DNA of 64,000 nt from Thermoproteota archaeon (GTDB lineage: Archaea > Thermoproteota > Thermoprotei > Thermofilales > B9-G17): the NCBI GenBank assembly GCA_029258885.1, contig JAPDJW010000002.1:256001-320000 (forward strand), given 5' to 3'. Positions 39,244-49,500 of this stretch are shown piece after piece (position 1 is the stretch's first letter; each line of letters opens with the position of its first letter). A program made the translations under genes and the position numbers. The notes under the pieces were generated by a model. That model worked only from the letters and a program-made list of their open reading frames with translations, had not been told where the DNA came from and ran no database searches.

Positions 39244-40638
39244 CTAAGGTATCCCAGATAGCTCGTAGAGTAGCTGAAGTATCCTCTTCCTCTCAACCTC
39301 CCTCCTTAAAGCGCGTAGCATACAGTATTTCGAGAGCATAGACGCCAACCCTCTAGCTACTTCCCTCTCCTCCTCGATGAGGTTATTCTTCTCCAATGGA
39401 TCCCTTTTTAAGTTGTAGAGCTTATGATCACCCTTAGGGCTGAATATTAGGCTCCACTCCTCAGTCCTAATGTTCCTGTAAAGCGATGCATGATATCCAG
39501 TCACTATATAGCTTCTAACTCTATCCTTCTCACCCTCAAGCACAGGGAGAATGCTTTTGCCGTGCATATCAATACACTCCTTCTCAAGCCCAAGGTAGCT
39601 AAGTATAGTTGGGAGGATATCGTGCCCCTGAACTAGAGCCTCAACCTTTCTTCCAGCGTAGCGTCCCTCAGGAAACTTAATCATCAGCGTCATCCTAACC
39701 AGTTCGTACCATAGGGTATGAGGATGCTTCAGAATCCAGCCGTGCTCGCCAATAGGCACGCCATGGTCGGACATTAAAACTATCAAAGTCCTATCATAGA
39801 GATCCTTCTCCTTAAGCTTATCGATAAGCACTCCAAACCATCTATCAACGAACGTAACCTCACCAGCATAGAGGCTACGCATATACTTCAACTCATCCTC
39901 AGTATAGATATCCGTCCTACCATACTTAGGCTGAATCAAGTTCCTGCCGCTATAGCTTGGATCCACGTATATCCTATAGTTGGGCGGCGGATCCCAGGGC
40001 TCATGCGGGTCAAACATATCAACCACTAGGAAGAACTTGGAGCCACTATTCCTATCAAGCCACCTCAACGCCTCCCTAACAACCATAGCAGCGAAATAGT
40101 CCTCCTCACCACGCCTACCAATATAGGAGATGTTCCTAAGATACTGCGTAAGAATCCGTTCAGCATCAGTACCCCTCATCTCAGGCTTCAAAAACTCATC
40201 TAAATCATACCCGATGGGTCCAGAGGCGTAGGCGTCAGCCTCCTGCCCCCTAATCCACCTAAAGGCGTGAAAGCCCTTATGCAGGTTCATGCCGGGCTTA
40301 AATAAGTGATAGGTGTCGGTTATAAGGGCGCAGACGTAGCCGTATTGACCAAAAATCTCAGGCGCAGTAATATCCTCATCCTCCAGAGGCCTCCAGGGCC
40401 TAAATGGAAGAGTACGCTGACCGGTAAGAACAGCAGTCCTAACGGGAATCGTTGGAAGACCCTCAGGATAAGCATTGAGAAACACCACGGAATCCCTAGC
40501 AAACCTATCAACATTTGGAGTCCTAACCCACTCGTTCCCATATGTGCCGAGGTAGTCCGGCCTCATACTGTCGGCAATAACTATAAGAACATTATACCCA
40601 TGCACACAGATCACCAGTAATACCTTACCCCAATTCAT
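39244..40638 (-). CDS. Sulfatase-like alkaline phosphatase superfamily protein
   Basis: IIADSMRPD, PTIPVRTAVLTG, DMFDPHEPW, MSDHG. Confidence 0.88.
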   Translation of the reverse strand: MNWGKVLLVICVHGYNVLIVIADSMRPDYLGTYGNEWVRTPNVDRFARDSVVFLNAYPEGLPTIPVRTAVLTGQRTLPFRPWRPLEDEDITAPEIFGQYGYVCALITDTYHLFKPGMNLHKGFHAFRWIRGQEADAYASGPIGYDLDEFLKPEMRGTDAERILTQYLRNISYIGRRGEEDYFAAMVVREALRWLDRNSGSKFFLVVDMFDPHEPWDPPPNYRIYVDPSYSGRNLIQPKYGRTDIYTEDELKYMRSLYAGEVTFVDRWFGVLIDKLKEKDLYDRTLIVLMSDHGVPIGEHGWILKHPHTLWYELVRMTLMIKFPEGRYAGRKVEALVQGHDILPTILSYLGLEKECIDMHGKSILPVLEGEKDRVRSYIVTGYHASLYRNIRTEEWSLIFSPKGDHKLYNLKRDPLEKNNLIEEEREVARGLASMLSKYCMLRALRREVERKRILQLLYELSGIP

Positions 40639-40787
40639 TAATAAGCTAGAGCACCTAAAACTTCAATTCAAATATGGGAGAGACGTTAAATTACATTAAT
40701 CTAAAACTAGCAGCTAATTTACATTATTTAATATAAATTAAATTTTGTAAAGGAAAAATCCTTATATGCAACGCCACCTAAATCTAC

Positions 40788-42281
40788 GTGATGATTAAAA
40801 AACCAGCACTATTCTGGATATTCTGGCTAATCCTAACATGTATTACCCTACTACTCACGCATGCGCCACTCATAGCCGTAGAGGAGAAGGAGTATAGAGT
40901 GGAATACACCATCTGGACGTACATGGGCTACACCGCTAGCAACGGCACGAAAGTATATATAGGTTCATGGGAGGATGAGGTTAAATGTAAAATTAATGAG
41001 CTAGAAATAGGCCCCGTGTCTCATAGGCTCGACATTAAAAGCGGAACAGAGGCAGCTCCAGTAATAACCAAGGAGCTTTACCACGTTTTAATATATTTAA
41101 TTGCAGATGAGGAAGTTTACTTTCTTAACCTATCGCATTTTAAATATGAATCATATACGCTATTAGACTACCTCTCTAACACGCCTCTTAAGCCTGAGCC
41201 GATCTACACTACAGCACGTAACCTTATGTATATGCCCTTCTGGAAGAATGAGTTTTATGGTGAGGAATGCTATGCCGAGAAAGATATGTTAAGCCTACTA
41301 GTGGAAGAATACTATCAGCTTACGGGTAGGGAAAGCGGCGTAGTAGATGCATACATTAACGTAACTTCCCTACTTATGATATATACGGGCCATCAATTCC
41401 TGTCGGTAATTCACAAATGGAATATTGTTAAATTAAAAATCCATTATAGAAACCTTACCGTAGTTGAAGCCTACCTAGAGGGTAGGCCGCATCATATGGA
41501 GAAGATAAAGCTTAAGGTCATTCCGCCTACAGCAATAGTCTTTGCTGGCATAGCTTGTAAGATACTGTTTCCTCTATCAATCGTATTACTGCTAATAGGC
41601 CTATACGTGAAGTCAACTAGAAGTATTATTAGAATACACCTACGTAAGGTAGCAGTTATAATTGGTCTAATACTTTTACTCCTAGCCTTTACACTTAGGC
41701 TTGGTGAGCATAACACGTACATGCTGTGCATCGGATTCTACGATCTAACCGTGAATGGAGAGCCGTGGCCGGGACGCGTGGAAGGCGATACGCTAGTACT
41801 CGATAATATTGGGAATGGAACACTGCGAGCGCCGCTGATACTCTACCAGGTATCCGATAGGATATCTTACACGTACGTATTCCTCACCTTAGAGGTTGAT
41901 GGAGAACGTGAGAGGCTATATAGAACAGCCTATCCATGGGAGAATGTAGGCTACAACTGTCTTCTCATAAGCAAAGTAGGCGTACCTCTTAAAGCGGAGA
42001 ATGCCACCGTAAGGTTGAGGGTGAAAGCTCCTACAATCGGCTATCAAGAGGATAGGGTATATGATATATTGACGTTCAGACGCAACGGCAGTATAGTTAG
42101 GATAAAGCTATCTCCCATGTTGATAGTGTACTATGAGAGGCCTCCACTTAACGAAATCAATCTACTGCTAGCAGCAATGGGAGCTGGAATACTCGTATAC
42201 TCCATTAAATCTCCAGTAGTAAATAAGAAATATACGGATAAGACTAACCTCACCAGCACTAATAATTCAACCCCTAACTAA
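40788..42281 (+). CDS. Uncharacterised membrane protein, tandem paralog 1
   Basis: Shares motifs with the next two ORFs; about 4 TM segments. Confidence 0.8.
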   Translation: MMIKKPALFWIFWLILTCITLLLTHAPLIAVEEKEYRVEYTIWTYMGYTASNGTKVYIGSWEDEVKCKINELEIGPVSHRLDIKSGTEAAPVITKELYHVLIYLIADEEVYFLNLSHFKYESYTLLDYLSNTPLKPEPIYTTARNLMYMPFWKNEFYGEECYAEKDMLSLLVEEYYQLTGRESGVVDAYINVTSLLMIYTGHQFLSVIHKWNIVKLKIHYRNLTVVEAYLEGRPHHMEKIKLKVIPPTAIVFAGIACKILFPLSIVLLLIGLYVKSTRSIIRIHLRKVAVIIGLILLLLAFTLRLGEHNTYMLCIGFYDLTVNGEPWPGRVEGDTLVLDNIGNGTLRAPLILYQVSDRISYTYVFLTLEVDGERERLYRTAYPWENVGYNCLLISKVGVPLKAENATVRLRVKAPTIGYQEDRVYDILTFRRNGSIVRIKLSPMLIVYYERPPLNEINLLLAAMGAGILVYSIKSPVVNKKYTDKTNLTSTNNSTPN

Positions 42282-42444
42282 CCGTAGCCTGCTTTCAATA
42301 ACCGCTTTAAGAACTATTTAAGTTCGTGTCTCCGAGTTGAAGTTATTACGAACCCACCAGGCTGTATTGATGAATGCTATAAAAAGCTATCTACTTACCT
42401 ATTAAGGGGGATAACTTAATATACCAGACTTCAATATATAAAAC

Positions 42445-43905
42445 TTGATGGATAAAAAACCGTTATTATTCTGGATTTTCTGGGTATCCTTAACATGTAC
42501 AATGGTGTTCCTGATATTCTCTCCATCCCTAGTAGCGCTGGAGGAAGATTATAGGATAAAGTACACTATCTGGATGAGAATGCACTATAGGGCTAGTAAC
42601 GGCTCGGATGTACCTATAATTCCATGGAACGGCACCGTTAAATGCGAAATCGATGGGACGCTATACTCCAGTCACGGAATATTCTATAGTCTCGATATCG
42701 AAAATGGGGCTGGAACAGCTCCAGTAATCCTTAGGGCATTACACTATATCCTGGCATACATTGATATTAACGGTAGCCCGATACACGTCCTCAACCTATC
42801 AGCCATAACCCACAGTATGGATGTATTAATAGATAATCTCTCAGCCATACCGTTTAAGCCGGAGCCAATCTATACCGTAGCACGTAGCCTCAAAGACGTA
42901 CGGTTCTGGGAATTAAAGCTATACAAGGTCAGTAGTAGTTCCAATGAGGATCTTGCAGGACTACTAGTAAGGAAATACTATGAGATTACTGGTGAGGAGA
43001 GCGGTATAGTTAACGCCTACATTAACGTTACATCTCCACTAATAATATACACAGGCCACCAGCTAGTACTCTATGTACATAAGTGGACTATGGCTAAGCT
43101 CAAAATATACTATGAAAACCTGACAGTAGCTAAGGTTCATCTGGAGGCCACACCATACCACGTTGAGACGATAAAACTTAAGATAATACCGCCAGCGGTA
43201 ATAGCCTACAGTAGTATATCAGGTAGGATTCTCTTGCCAGCATCAATTATAGTACTACTAATAGGCCTGTGCTTACGGGAGACTAGGAAAATCGTTAGGA
43301 GATATTTAAGGGAGATAGCGGCTATATTCGGTCTAATACTGCTAGTATTATCTTTCACACTTAGACTTGGAGCCCATAACATCTGCATAACGTACGCCGG
43401 CTTATACAACCTAGCGGTTAATGGAGAGCCATGGCCAGGACACGTAGAAGACGATGCGCTTATTCTGGAGGAGAGGGAGGGGACGCTACAGGCATCGATA
43501 GAGTTCTACCAGGTATCGGATGAGGTATTATATGTACATGCACTCCTCACTCTGGAAGCCGATGAAGAGTACGAGGAGCTGTATAGGACTAATCATCCAT
43601 GGGAATACGGAGCCTTCACACACATCTACATACCCAGCGTATTCATACCTCTAAAGACGGGAAATGCAACAATAAGGTTAAGAGTGAAAATACCCGGTAT
43701 TGGTGGATACTATGAGAGGGAGTACAGGATACTAACGTTAAGCTATAGCGACGGGGGAGTGAGAATTAATGTTAAGCCAGCGATAGTGGTAGGCTACAGG
43801 AGGCCGATGTTTAATGAAGTAAACATACTACTGGCAGTAGCTGGAACAGGATTAGTTTTGATTTTAGTAAGAAGGCTAAGAGGTGACATAAAGTCTATTA
43901 AATGA
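42445..43905 (+). CDS. Uncharacterised membrane protein, tandem paralog 2
   Basis: KKP.LFWI, FKPEP.Y, SG.V.AYINVT, YTGHQ, NGEPWPG, NEVN.LLA. Confidence 0.8.
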   Translation: MMDKKPLLFWIFWVSLTCTMVFLIFSPSLVALEEDYRIKYTIWMRMHYRASNGSDVPIIPWNGTVKCEIDGTLYSSHGIFYSLDIENGAGTAPVILRALHYILAYIDINGSPIHVLNLSAITHSMDVLIDNLSAIPFKPEPIYTVARSLKDVRFWELKLYKVSSSSNEDLAGLLVRKYYEITGEESGIVNAYINVTSPLIIYTGHQLVLYVHKWTMAKLKIYYENLTVAKVHLEATPYHVETIKLKIIPPAVIAYSSISGRILLPASIIVLLIGLCLRETRKIVRRYLREIAAIFGLILLVLSFTLRLGAHNICITYAGLYNLAVNGEPWPGHVEDDALILEEREGTLQASIEFYQVSDEVLYVHALLTLEADEEYEELYRTNHPWEYGAFTHIYIPSVFIPLKTGNATIRLRVKIPGIGGYYEREYRILTLSYSDGGVRINVKPAIVVGYRRPMFNEVNILLAVAGTGLVLILVRRLRGDIKSIK

Positions 43906-43953
43906 GGTGCACTACGGGGTAACTTAAAATATATCGTTGTATATATTAAAGCG

Positions 43954-45381
43954 ATGGATAGAAAACCAACATTATTTTGGATTATATGGTTGATATTAAC
44001 GATATCCGTAATCCCTCCCTCTTCCCTAATATTCCTATTTTCTAGCGATGAGGAAGTTCAAGTAGAGTATTGCCTATGCCTGGATTTAGGCTATATTAGT
44101 AATAACGGTTCAATGAAATACATGGTTGTAAGCGATGGAGAGGCCGACTATAAAGTTAATGGAACAATATATACTATCGGCATATGCGGCTACATGATAT
44201 ATGTAGTAAGGGAACAGCCTGTATTTATCGGATTGAGATGCTTTGCTCCACTATATGTTTTAGTAGATAATAGATCTATCTTTGTCCGTAATCTAGCTGA
44301 AATACCCTGTGCACGTAATTTACTGGGATACTATTTTTCAGGCCTACTATTTAAGCCTGAACCATGGTATAGCATAGCCTCCTGTCTAGAAGCTCCATAC
44401 TATAATCTATGGGATGGATATTTTGAGAGGAACTGCGACTTAGGGAGGCTACTGGTGGATGCCTACTATAGAGCTACGGGAGAGGACAGCGGAGTATTTG
44501 AGGCATATATCAACGTTACAGCCTACGCACTTATATACACAGGACACCAGTTCACGTCCACTATATACAGGTGGACTATCACTAGGCTTAAAATCCACTA
44601 CAGCAATTTAACGGTGGATAAGACGTATGTACATATCCAGCCGTTCTATAAAGATACTATTAAACTTAAGACAATACCGCTACCGTTGATAGGATACACG
44701 TTCCTAGCCTATAATATACTGCTACCGCTATCTATCATAATGCTCCTAATAGGATTAGTCATGGGGAAAACTAGGGCATTAATTAAGAAACACTTTAGGA
44801 TAGTACTGGCGGCTATTGGAGTAGCACTAATAGTAGCCAGCCTAAAATTAAGTATAGGCACATACAACGTGTATGTGACGTACGTGGGGATTAAAAGCCT
44901 ATCAATAAACGGTGAGCCGTGGCCAGGTACACTGCAAAATAACACGATAATACTAAGGGATGTAGAGGGTACACTTAAAGCTAAGGTAGGCGTATCCTAT
45001 ACACGCTACGAGTCAATAGTCATTGAACTGCTAACCTATACGGATGGAAGAATAAAGGAGCTATATAGAAAGTATAGTTCATATGAAATCCATAGCAAGG
45101 ATGTATCAATAATACCCATAAGCCCTGAAGGCTGCTTTGGCGATATAGTGCTTAGGGCAACGTACATAGATCATGGAACACTAAAGAATATTCAGGCCAA
45201 AATACTATCCGTAGACTGCTCTAAAGATGTAGTAAAGATAAAGCTGAACCCACAGCTGATAGTAGGCTATATTGGGCCAAAATTCAATGAAATAAACCTA
45301 CTCTTAGCTGCAATTGGATCAGGAATGCTTGTCACAGCTATACTAGGACTTAAAATTAGAAGACCAGCAGCATGCAGCTAG
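43954..45381 (+). CDS. Uncharacterised membrane protein, tandem paralog 3
   Basis: Same motif series as paralogs 1 and 2. Confidence 0.8.
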   Translation: MDRKPTLFWIIWLILTISVIPPSSLIFLFSSDEEVQVEYCLCLDLGYISNNGSMKYMVVSDGEADYKVNGTIYTIGICGYMIYVVREQPVFIGLRCFAPLYVLVDNRSIFVRNLAEIPCARNLLGYYFSGLLFKPEPWYSIASCLEAPYYNLWDGYFERNCDLGRLLVDAYYRATGEDSGVFEAYINVTAYALIYTGHQFTSTIYRWTITRLKIHYSNLTVDKTYVHIQPFYKDTIKLKTIPLPLIGYTFLAYNILLPLSIIMLLIGLVMGKTRALIKKHFRIVLAAIGVALIVASLKLSIGTYNVYVTYVGIKSLSINGEPWPGTLQNNTIILRDVEGTLKAKVGVSYTRYESIVIELLTYTDGRIKELYRKYSSYEIHSKDVSIIPISPEGCFGDIVLRATYIDHGTLKNIQAKILSVDCSKDVVKIKLNPQLIVGYIGPKFNEINLLLAAIGSGMLVTAILGLKIRRPAACS

Positions 45382-45390
45382 TTAGCGAAT

Positions 45391-45418
45391 AAAATTTCCC
45401 TACTTAGAGGGAAATTTT
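45391..45418. terminator. Perfect 11-bp inverted repeat (terminator or operator)
   Basis: AAAATTTCCCT-acttag-AGGGAAATTTT, 10 bp after the paralog 3 stop and overlapping TTTTTATA upstream of the radical SAM gene. Confidence 0.4.
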
Positions 45419-45562
45419 TTATAATTCTTTCCCTCTAAATAATACGTGATAAATAGGGACGATTTTAGCTAAGCTAATATAGAGGATTCTCATGACAATC
45501 CTATGGAAGCTCATACGTAGAGCCTTAAACAATTATATAATATATTTAATGATTATATTCAC

Positions 45563-46771
45563 GTGAAATACTATAGGGTCATTGTGGACAAGGATAAGTG
45601 TGTTGGATGCAACTTCTGCCTAGAGGTAAACCTCTGCCAGAATCCGGATGCATGCATAGGCTGTTTAAGCTGCTACTGGGCATGCCCCTACGAGGCTAGA
45701 AGGATAATTGAAGTAGAGGAGGATAGGAAGACTATAGAGATAACGGTTGACGGAGTAAAACATAGGGTGCCCGAGAGAATATCGATAAAGAGAGCCCTAG
45801 AGCTAATAGGCTACTCCTTCAACGTATTTCCTAGGAGAAAGGGTTTATCAGCGCCCTGCGGCACGGGTGGATGCTGGAGCTGTGCAGTACTAGTTAACGG
45901 GAAGCTCATGAGGTCATGTATAAACGCCGTAAGGGAGGGCATGGTCATCGAAACCAACGTGGAGGATAGGGAGCCGCTTAGGATAATTCATGGACCACAG
46001 CCACACACGGTTGGAGGAAAGGCAACCCCATGGTTCGAGAAGGGAGGTGGAAGATACATTGAAGTAGCGATATGGACTGCAGGCTGCAACCTAAGGTGTC
46101 CACAGTGCCAGAACTTCCATACAACATACGACAACGTAACCCATCCAGTAACCCCGAGGAGGGCGGCCGAGATTCTTACACTCCACAGGAGGCTATACAA
46201 CGTAAACGGGCTGGCAATAAGCGGCGGAGAACCCACGCTCAACAGAAGGTGGCTCATAGAATACTTCAAACATCTCAGGAAGCTCAACCCGGACAAGAAG
46301 GCTAGGCTACACCTGGACAGCAATGGAACCCTACTAACGGAGGACTATATAGACGACCTAGTTGAGGCTGGCTGCAACAACATGGGAGTAGAGCCTAAGG
46401 GAATAAGAGTTGAAACATTCATGAAGATAACCGGCATAAACGATAGGGAACTAGCCAGAAAATACCTGGAGAACTCCTGGAGGGCAGCTGAATACATAGC
46501 TACAAACTATTCGGATAAGGTATACCTGGGAATAGGCATACCATACAACAGAAGCTTCATGAGCTTCGAGGAGCTAGCCGAAATAGGGGAGAAGATAGCC
46601 TCAATAGACCCGAAGATACAGGTATGCGTACTAGACTACTTCCCAACATTCAGAAACAGACGAATCAAAAGACCATCAGTAAGGGAAATGCTAAGGGTAA
46701 AGAAGATACTGAACGATGCAGGGCTAAAGACGGTCATAGTACAGACGAAAATAGGGCATATAGGGCCGTAG
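45563..46771 (+). CDS. Radical SAM protein (PflA/activating-enzyme-like) with N-terminal 4Fe-4S dicluster and 2Fe-2S-like domains
   Basis: CVGCNFC...CIGCLSCYWACP; CGTGGCWSC; CNLRCPQC; SGGEPTL. Confidence 0.88.
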   Translation: MKYYRVIVDKDKCVGCNFCLEVNLCQNPDACIGCLSCYWACPYEARRIIEVEEDRKTIEITVDGVKHRVPERISIKRALELIGYSFNVFPRRKGLSAPCGTGGCWSCAVLVNGKLMRSCINAVREGMVIETNVEDREPLRIIHGPQPHTVGGKATPWFEKGGGRYIEVAIWTAGCNLRCPQCQNFHTTYDNVTHPVTPRRAAEILTLHRRLYNVNGLAISGGEPTLNRRWLIEYFKHLRKLNPDKKARLHLDSNGTLLTEDYIDDLVEAGCNNMGVEPKGIRVETFMKITGINDRELARKYLENSWRAAEYIATNYSDKVYLGIGIPYNRSFMSFEELAEIGEKIASIDPKIQVCVLDYFPTFRNRRIKRPSVREMLRVKKILNDAGLKTVIVQTKIGHIGP

Positions 46772-47101
46772 CTCAGCCTACCTGCATCTCAGCACCAGTC
46801 AGCGTCGCCTGAGTACATCACAGCCATAATCATATTCTAAAGGAAACTTTAAAACCTTGACGCAAAATAACTTTAATCTTCCGGTAGAATCCGCTGGCTA
46901 TAAGTATTTAATTAAAACATCCCAATATAACGCTATGGAATACCACATAGGAAAACTGCTCCTGCCAATAACCTATTTCATACAGACGCTAGTAACGATC
47001 TCTGTAGAATAAGTAGGCTTCAAGACGTATGCCTCGATAATAGTCACGATACTCTACTGGCCACGCTGGCACCGCTATAGGCAAGGAAGTATAAACTGAA
47101 A

Positions 47102-47668
47102 CTATGATTTTTCGCCTAGCTTCTCCCTAAACACTTCTAGGAAAACCCTGTAGGCCTCGTCTCTATATAGGCAGACAATAACCTTTTCAATATTGGAAAG
47201 CTTATCTAGTGTATCCTTAAATACATCAACCATAATCTCGGCGCACCTTCTGTAGGGATATCCGTAGGCTCCAGTAGATATCGCTGGAAGAGCGACAGTC
47301 TTAGCTCCGAGCTCATCAGCCTTCTTCAAAGCGTTAGCAATAGCAGAGTAGAGCTTCTTATCTCCATCGGGAGTTCCGTATTCAGGGCCGACGGCGTGGA
47401 CGATATACTTAGCTCTAAGCTTTCCGGCGCCGGTAACGGCGACGCCGCCCACTGGGACTGGTCCATACCGTATAACGTATTCATCGCTTTCCCTCTGAAT
47501 CTCAGCACCACCCTTCAATACTATTGCACCAGCCACACCGCCGCCATGTTTAAGGTAAGGATTAGCTGCATTAACTATAACATCAACTCTAAGCCTTGTA
47601 ATATCGCCCTTAACGACCTCTACCACCTTACCGCTAACCTTAAACGTTACAGCCATATAAACCACCAA
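47102..47668 (-). CDS. Macrodomain protein (ADP-ribose/O-acetyl-ADP-ribose hydrolase)
   Basis: GDIT, VNAAN..LKHGGGVAGAI, HAVGP, PAISTGAYG. Confidence 0.92.
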   Translation of the reverse strand: MVVYMAVTFKVSGKVVEVVKGDITRLRVDVIVNAANPYLKHGGGVAGAIVLKGGAEIQRESDEYVIRYGPVPVGGVAVTGAGKLRAKYIVHAVGPEYGTPDGDKKLYSAIANALKKADELGAKTVALPAISTGAYGYPYRRCAEIMVDVFKDTLDKLSNIEKVIVCLYRDEAYRVFLEVFREKLGEKS

Positions 47669-47760
47669 TATTTAAACGGGTTTAATAAATATACATTTTA
47701 TTGTCGGAAGTCAAACCTTGCAAAAGAATTTAAATCAATAAAACCTTAGGTAATACGCAG

Positions 47761-48243
47761 GTGAGATGGATGAGGTTCCCTCCACCTGAGAGATTCGGAC
47801 CAAGGCCTAGGAGACCAGCATTAGAAGCTTTTAGACAACAGCTACTCCGAGATATAAGGAGAGAAATAAGAGCTGAACTAAGGATAGGGCTAGTTAAGCT
47901 ATACAGACACTTAAGGAGGGATATAAGGGCAGCCGTTCTAGAGGCTAAAGGACTAACTCCAGAAAAGGCTAAACAAGAGGCCGAGAAGGAGGAGGAAAAG
48001 GAGGATGAAAAAAGCATTCTAGATAGAATATTTGGAGGACTGGACATAGATATGGGAGATATACTGAAGTACGGTGGAGCGGCGCTGGCCGGCGCACTGG
48101 CAGTACTGCTAATAACCCACATAGACGACATATATAATTTCATAAACCAGAAGAAGGCTAGCGGAGCATCTATAGATGAAATAAAGAATGAGCTTACAAA
48201 GCTAATACAGGAGAAACTATCTGGAGGTCAGCAAACATCATAA
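47761..48243 (+). CDS. Hypothetical protein
   Basis: 160 aa; Arg-rich N-half, acidic linker, one hydrophobic helix. Confidence 0.6.
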   Translation: MRWMRFPPPERFGPRPRRPALEAFRQQLLRDIRREIRAELRIGLVKLYRHLRRDIRAAVLEAKGLTPEKAKQEAEKEEEKEDEKSILDRIFGGLDIDMGDILKYGGAALAGALAVLLITHIDDIYNFINQKKASGASIDEIKNELTKLIQEKLSGGQQTS

Positions 48244-49076
48244 ACCTTACTACCGCTACTCTGAGATATCTCCGCTAAGAACCTCCTGGCCTGATCAATA
48301 ACGGATTTGAAATCCATTACAGCTATATCCCTAATATCCATATTTCTTTCCAAATACCTTATAAATTCATGACCTAGGAAATATCCTGTCTGACTTCTAC
48401 CATTAACGCTAAGCCATGAACCATAAAAGTCGTTAACAGGTCTACCCTCATCAACATACTTCAGGTATTTCCGAGCGAGCAAGCCTAGATTACTCCTACA
48501 CCACTCAATCCACGAGTCGTCGGGAGCCATCCTCCATAACTCATAGCCTAGAGTAAGATGCTCACATCTAGTAGCAAACCCCTCACTATACAATAGGAAG
48601 AGGGGATTACTTTCAAGCTCCTCAAGCTCCCTACAGGATATCCCCCTAAGATAGGCGTGAACAACGTGGGAAAGCTCGTGTAGTATAAGCCCCTCCAGAC
48701 TCTCCACATCATGCCAGTTAAGCTCAGCAATATTCTCAAGCCCAAGCAGTATAGAGTGTCCATCCCAATAGTCGGTAGCCCAGCCAGCTCCACACCCAAT
48801 CCCAACATAAATCACAAAAAGAACGCCAACATCAAAGCCCCAGAAAGACCTAAACTTATCATAAGCACTAAAGATAGCCTTAGAAATATTATCATAAGCT
48901 ACGTCAATTACAGGAACTAAATCATTTAACCTAGAGAAAACCCTAAACCTAGCAACATCCCGCCATCTATCACCATAACAACTCACCAAAAGATTAAAAA
49001 GGCTGGGAAAAGACGACATATACTCCCTAACCCAAGCCTCCAAAAACTGGTCAACACCACTATCAGAATAACTCAT
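48228..49076 (-). CDS. Zn-dependent protease, DUF2268-like
   Basis: ILHELSHVVH followed by SEGFA; GYFLG; probable start MSYSDS at 49076. Confidence 0.7.
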   Translation of the reverse strand: MSYSDSGVDQFLEAWVREYMSSFPSLFNLLVSCYGDRWRDVARFRVFSRLNDLVPVIDVAYDNISKAIFSAYDKFRSFWGFDVGVLFVIYVGIGCGAGWATDYWDGHSILLGLENIAELNWHDVESLEGLILHELSHVVHAYLRGISCRELEELESNPLFLLYSEGFATRCEHLTLGYELWRMAPDDSWIEWCRSNLGLLARKYLKYVDEGRPVNDFYGSWLSVNGRSQTGYFLGHEFIRYLERNMDIRDIAVMDFKSVIDQARRFLAEISQSSGSKVYDVC

Positions 49077-49202
49077 CCAAACAACCTTAAAGCAAGGATA
49101 AGTATCAACTATAACAAACCCCACTAATAACACCCAACGCAACCGCTAAGGTATAAGTCGCGTAAAACTCTATAAATATAATGTTTAAATTAACATCCAC
49201 AC

Positions 49203-49430
49203 CAAACAATCCAGCCCAGGATACGACGAGCCCTGATTCTGGCCCCTAACGTAACTATAGGAAGTCCCCTCTATGAGGTCTTCACAAAAACTAACCCAAA
49301 TATCCTCTAGACAGCCTTCATACGTACCCCTAGACCCTTGTTTACCAAGTTTATTAGATTAGTTAGAGAAATTCAGCCAGTATATTTTAATGGACTAAAA
49401 CGATACGAATGTCCTAGGATTGTATTGGCA
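49203..49430 (+). pseudogene. Remnant of a C5-cytosine DNA methyltransferase
   Basis: Reads APNVTIGSPLYEVFTKTNP..*..PRPLFTKFIRLVREIQPVYF, matching the motif IV-VI region (IGSPPCE.FT..NP...FIR.V.E..P..F.MENV). Stop at 49308-49310; catalytic PC lost. Confidence 0.5.
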
Positions 49431-49500
49431 GAAGGATCCACATCAACTTCCAAACGCGAAAGATTTTATCTTTCGTTTCTGGCAGACTTTAAGTTTTTCA

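Noticed and set aside
46772-47101. 330-bp gap with coding-like composition
   Set aside because: All frames are interrupted and I could not recognise a family or RNA motif.
130-48920. Short antisense ORFs nested in well-supported genes (e.g. 130..471, 4049..4327, 16550..17086, 47730..48143)
   Set aside because: Shadow ORFs opposite motif-bearing genes.
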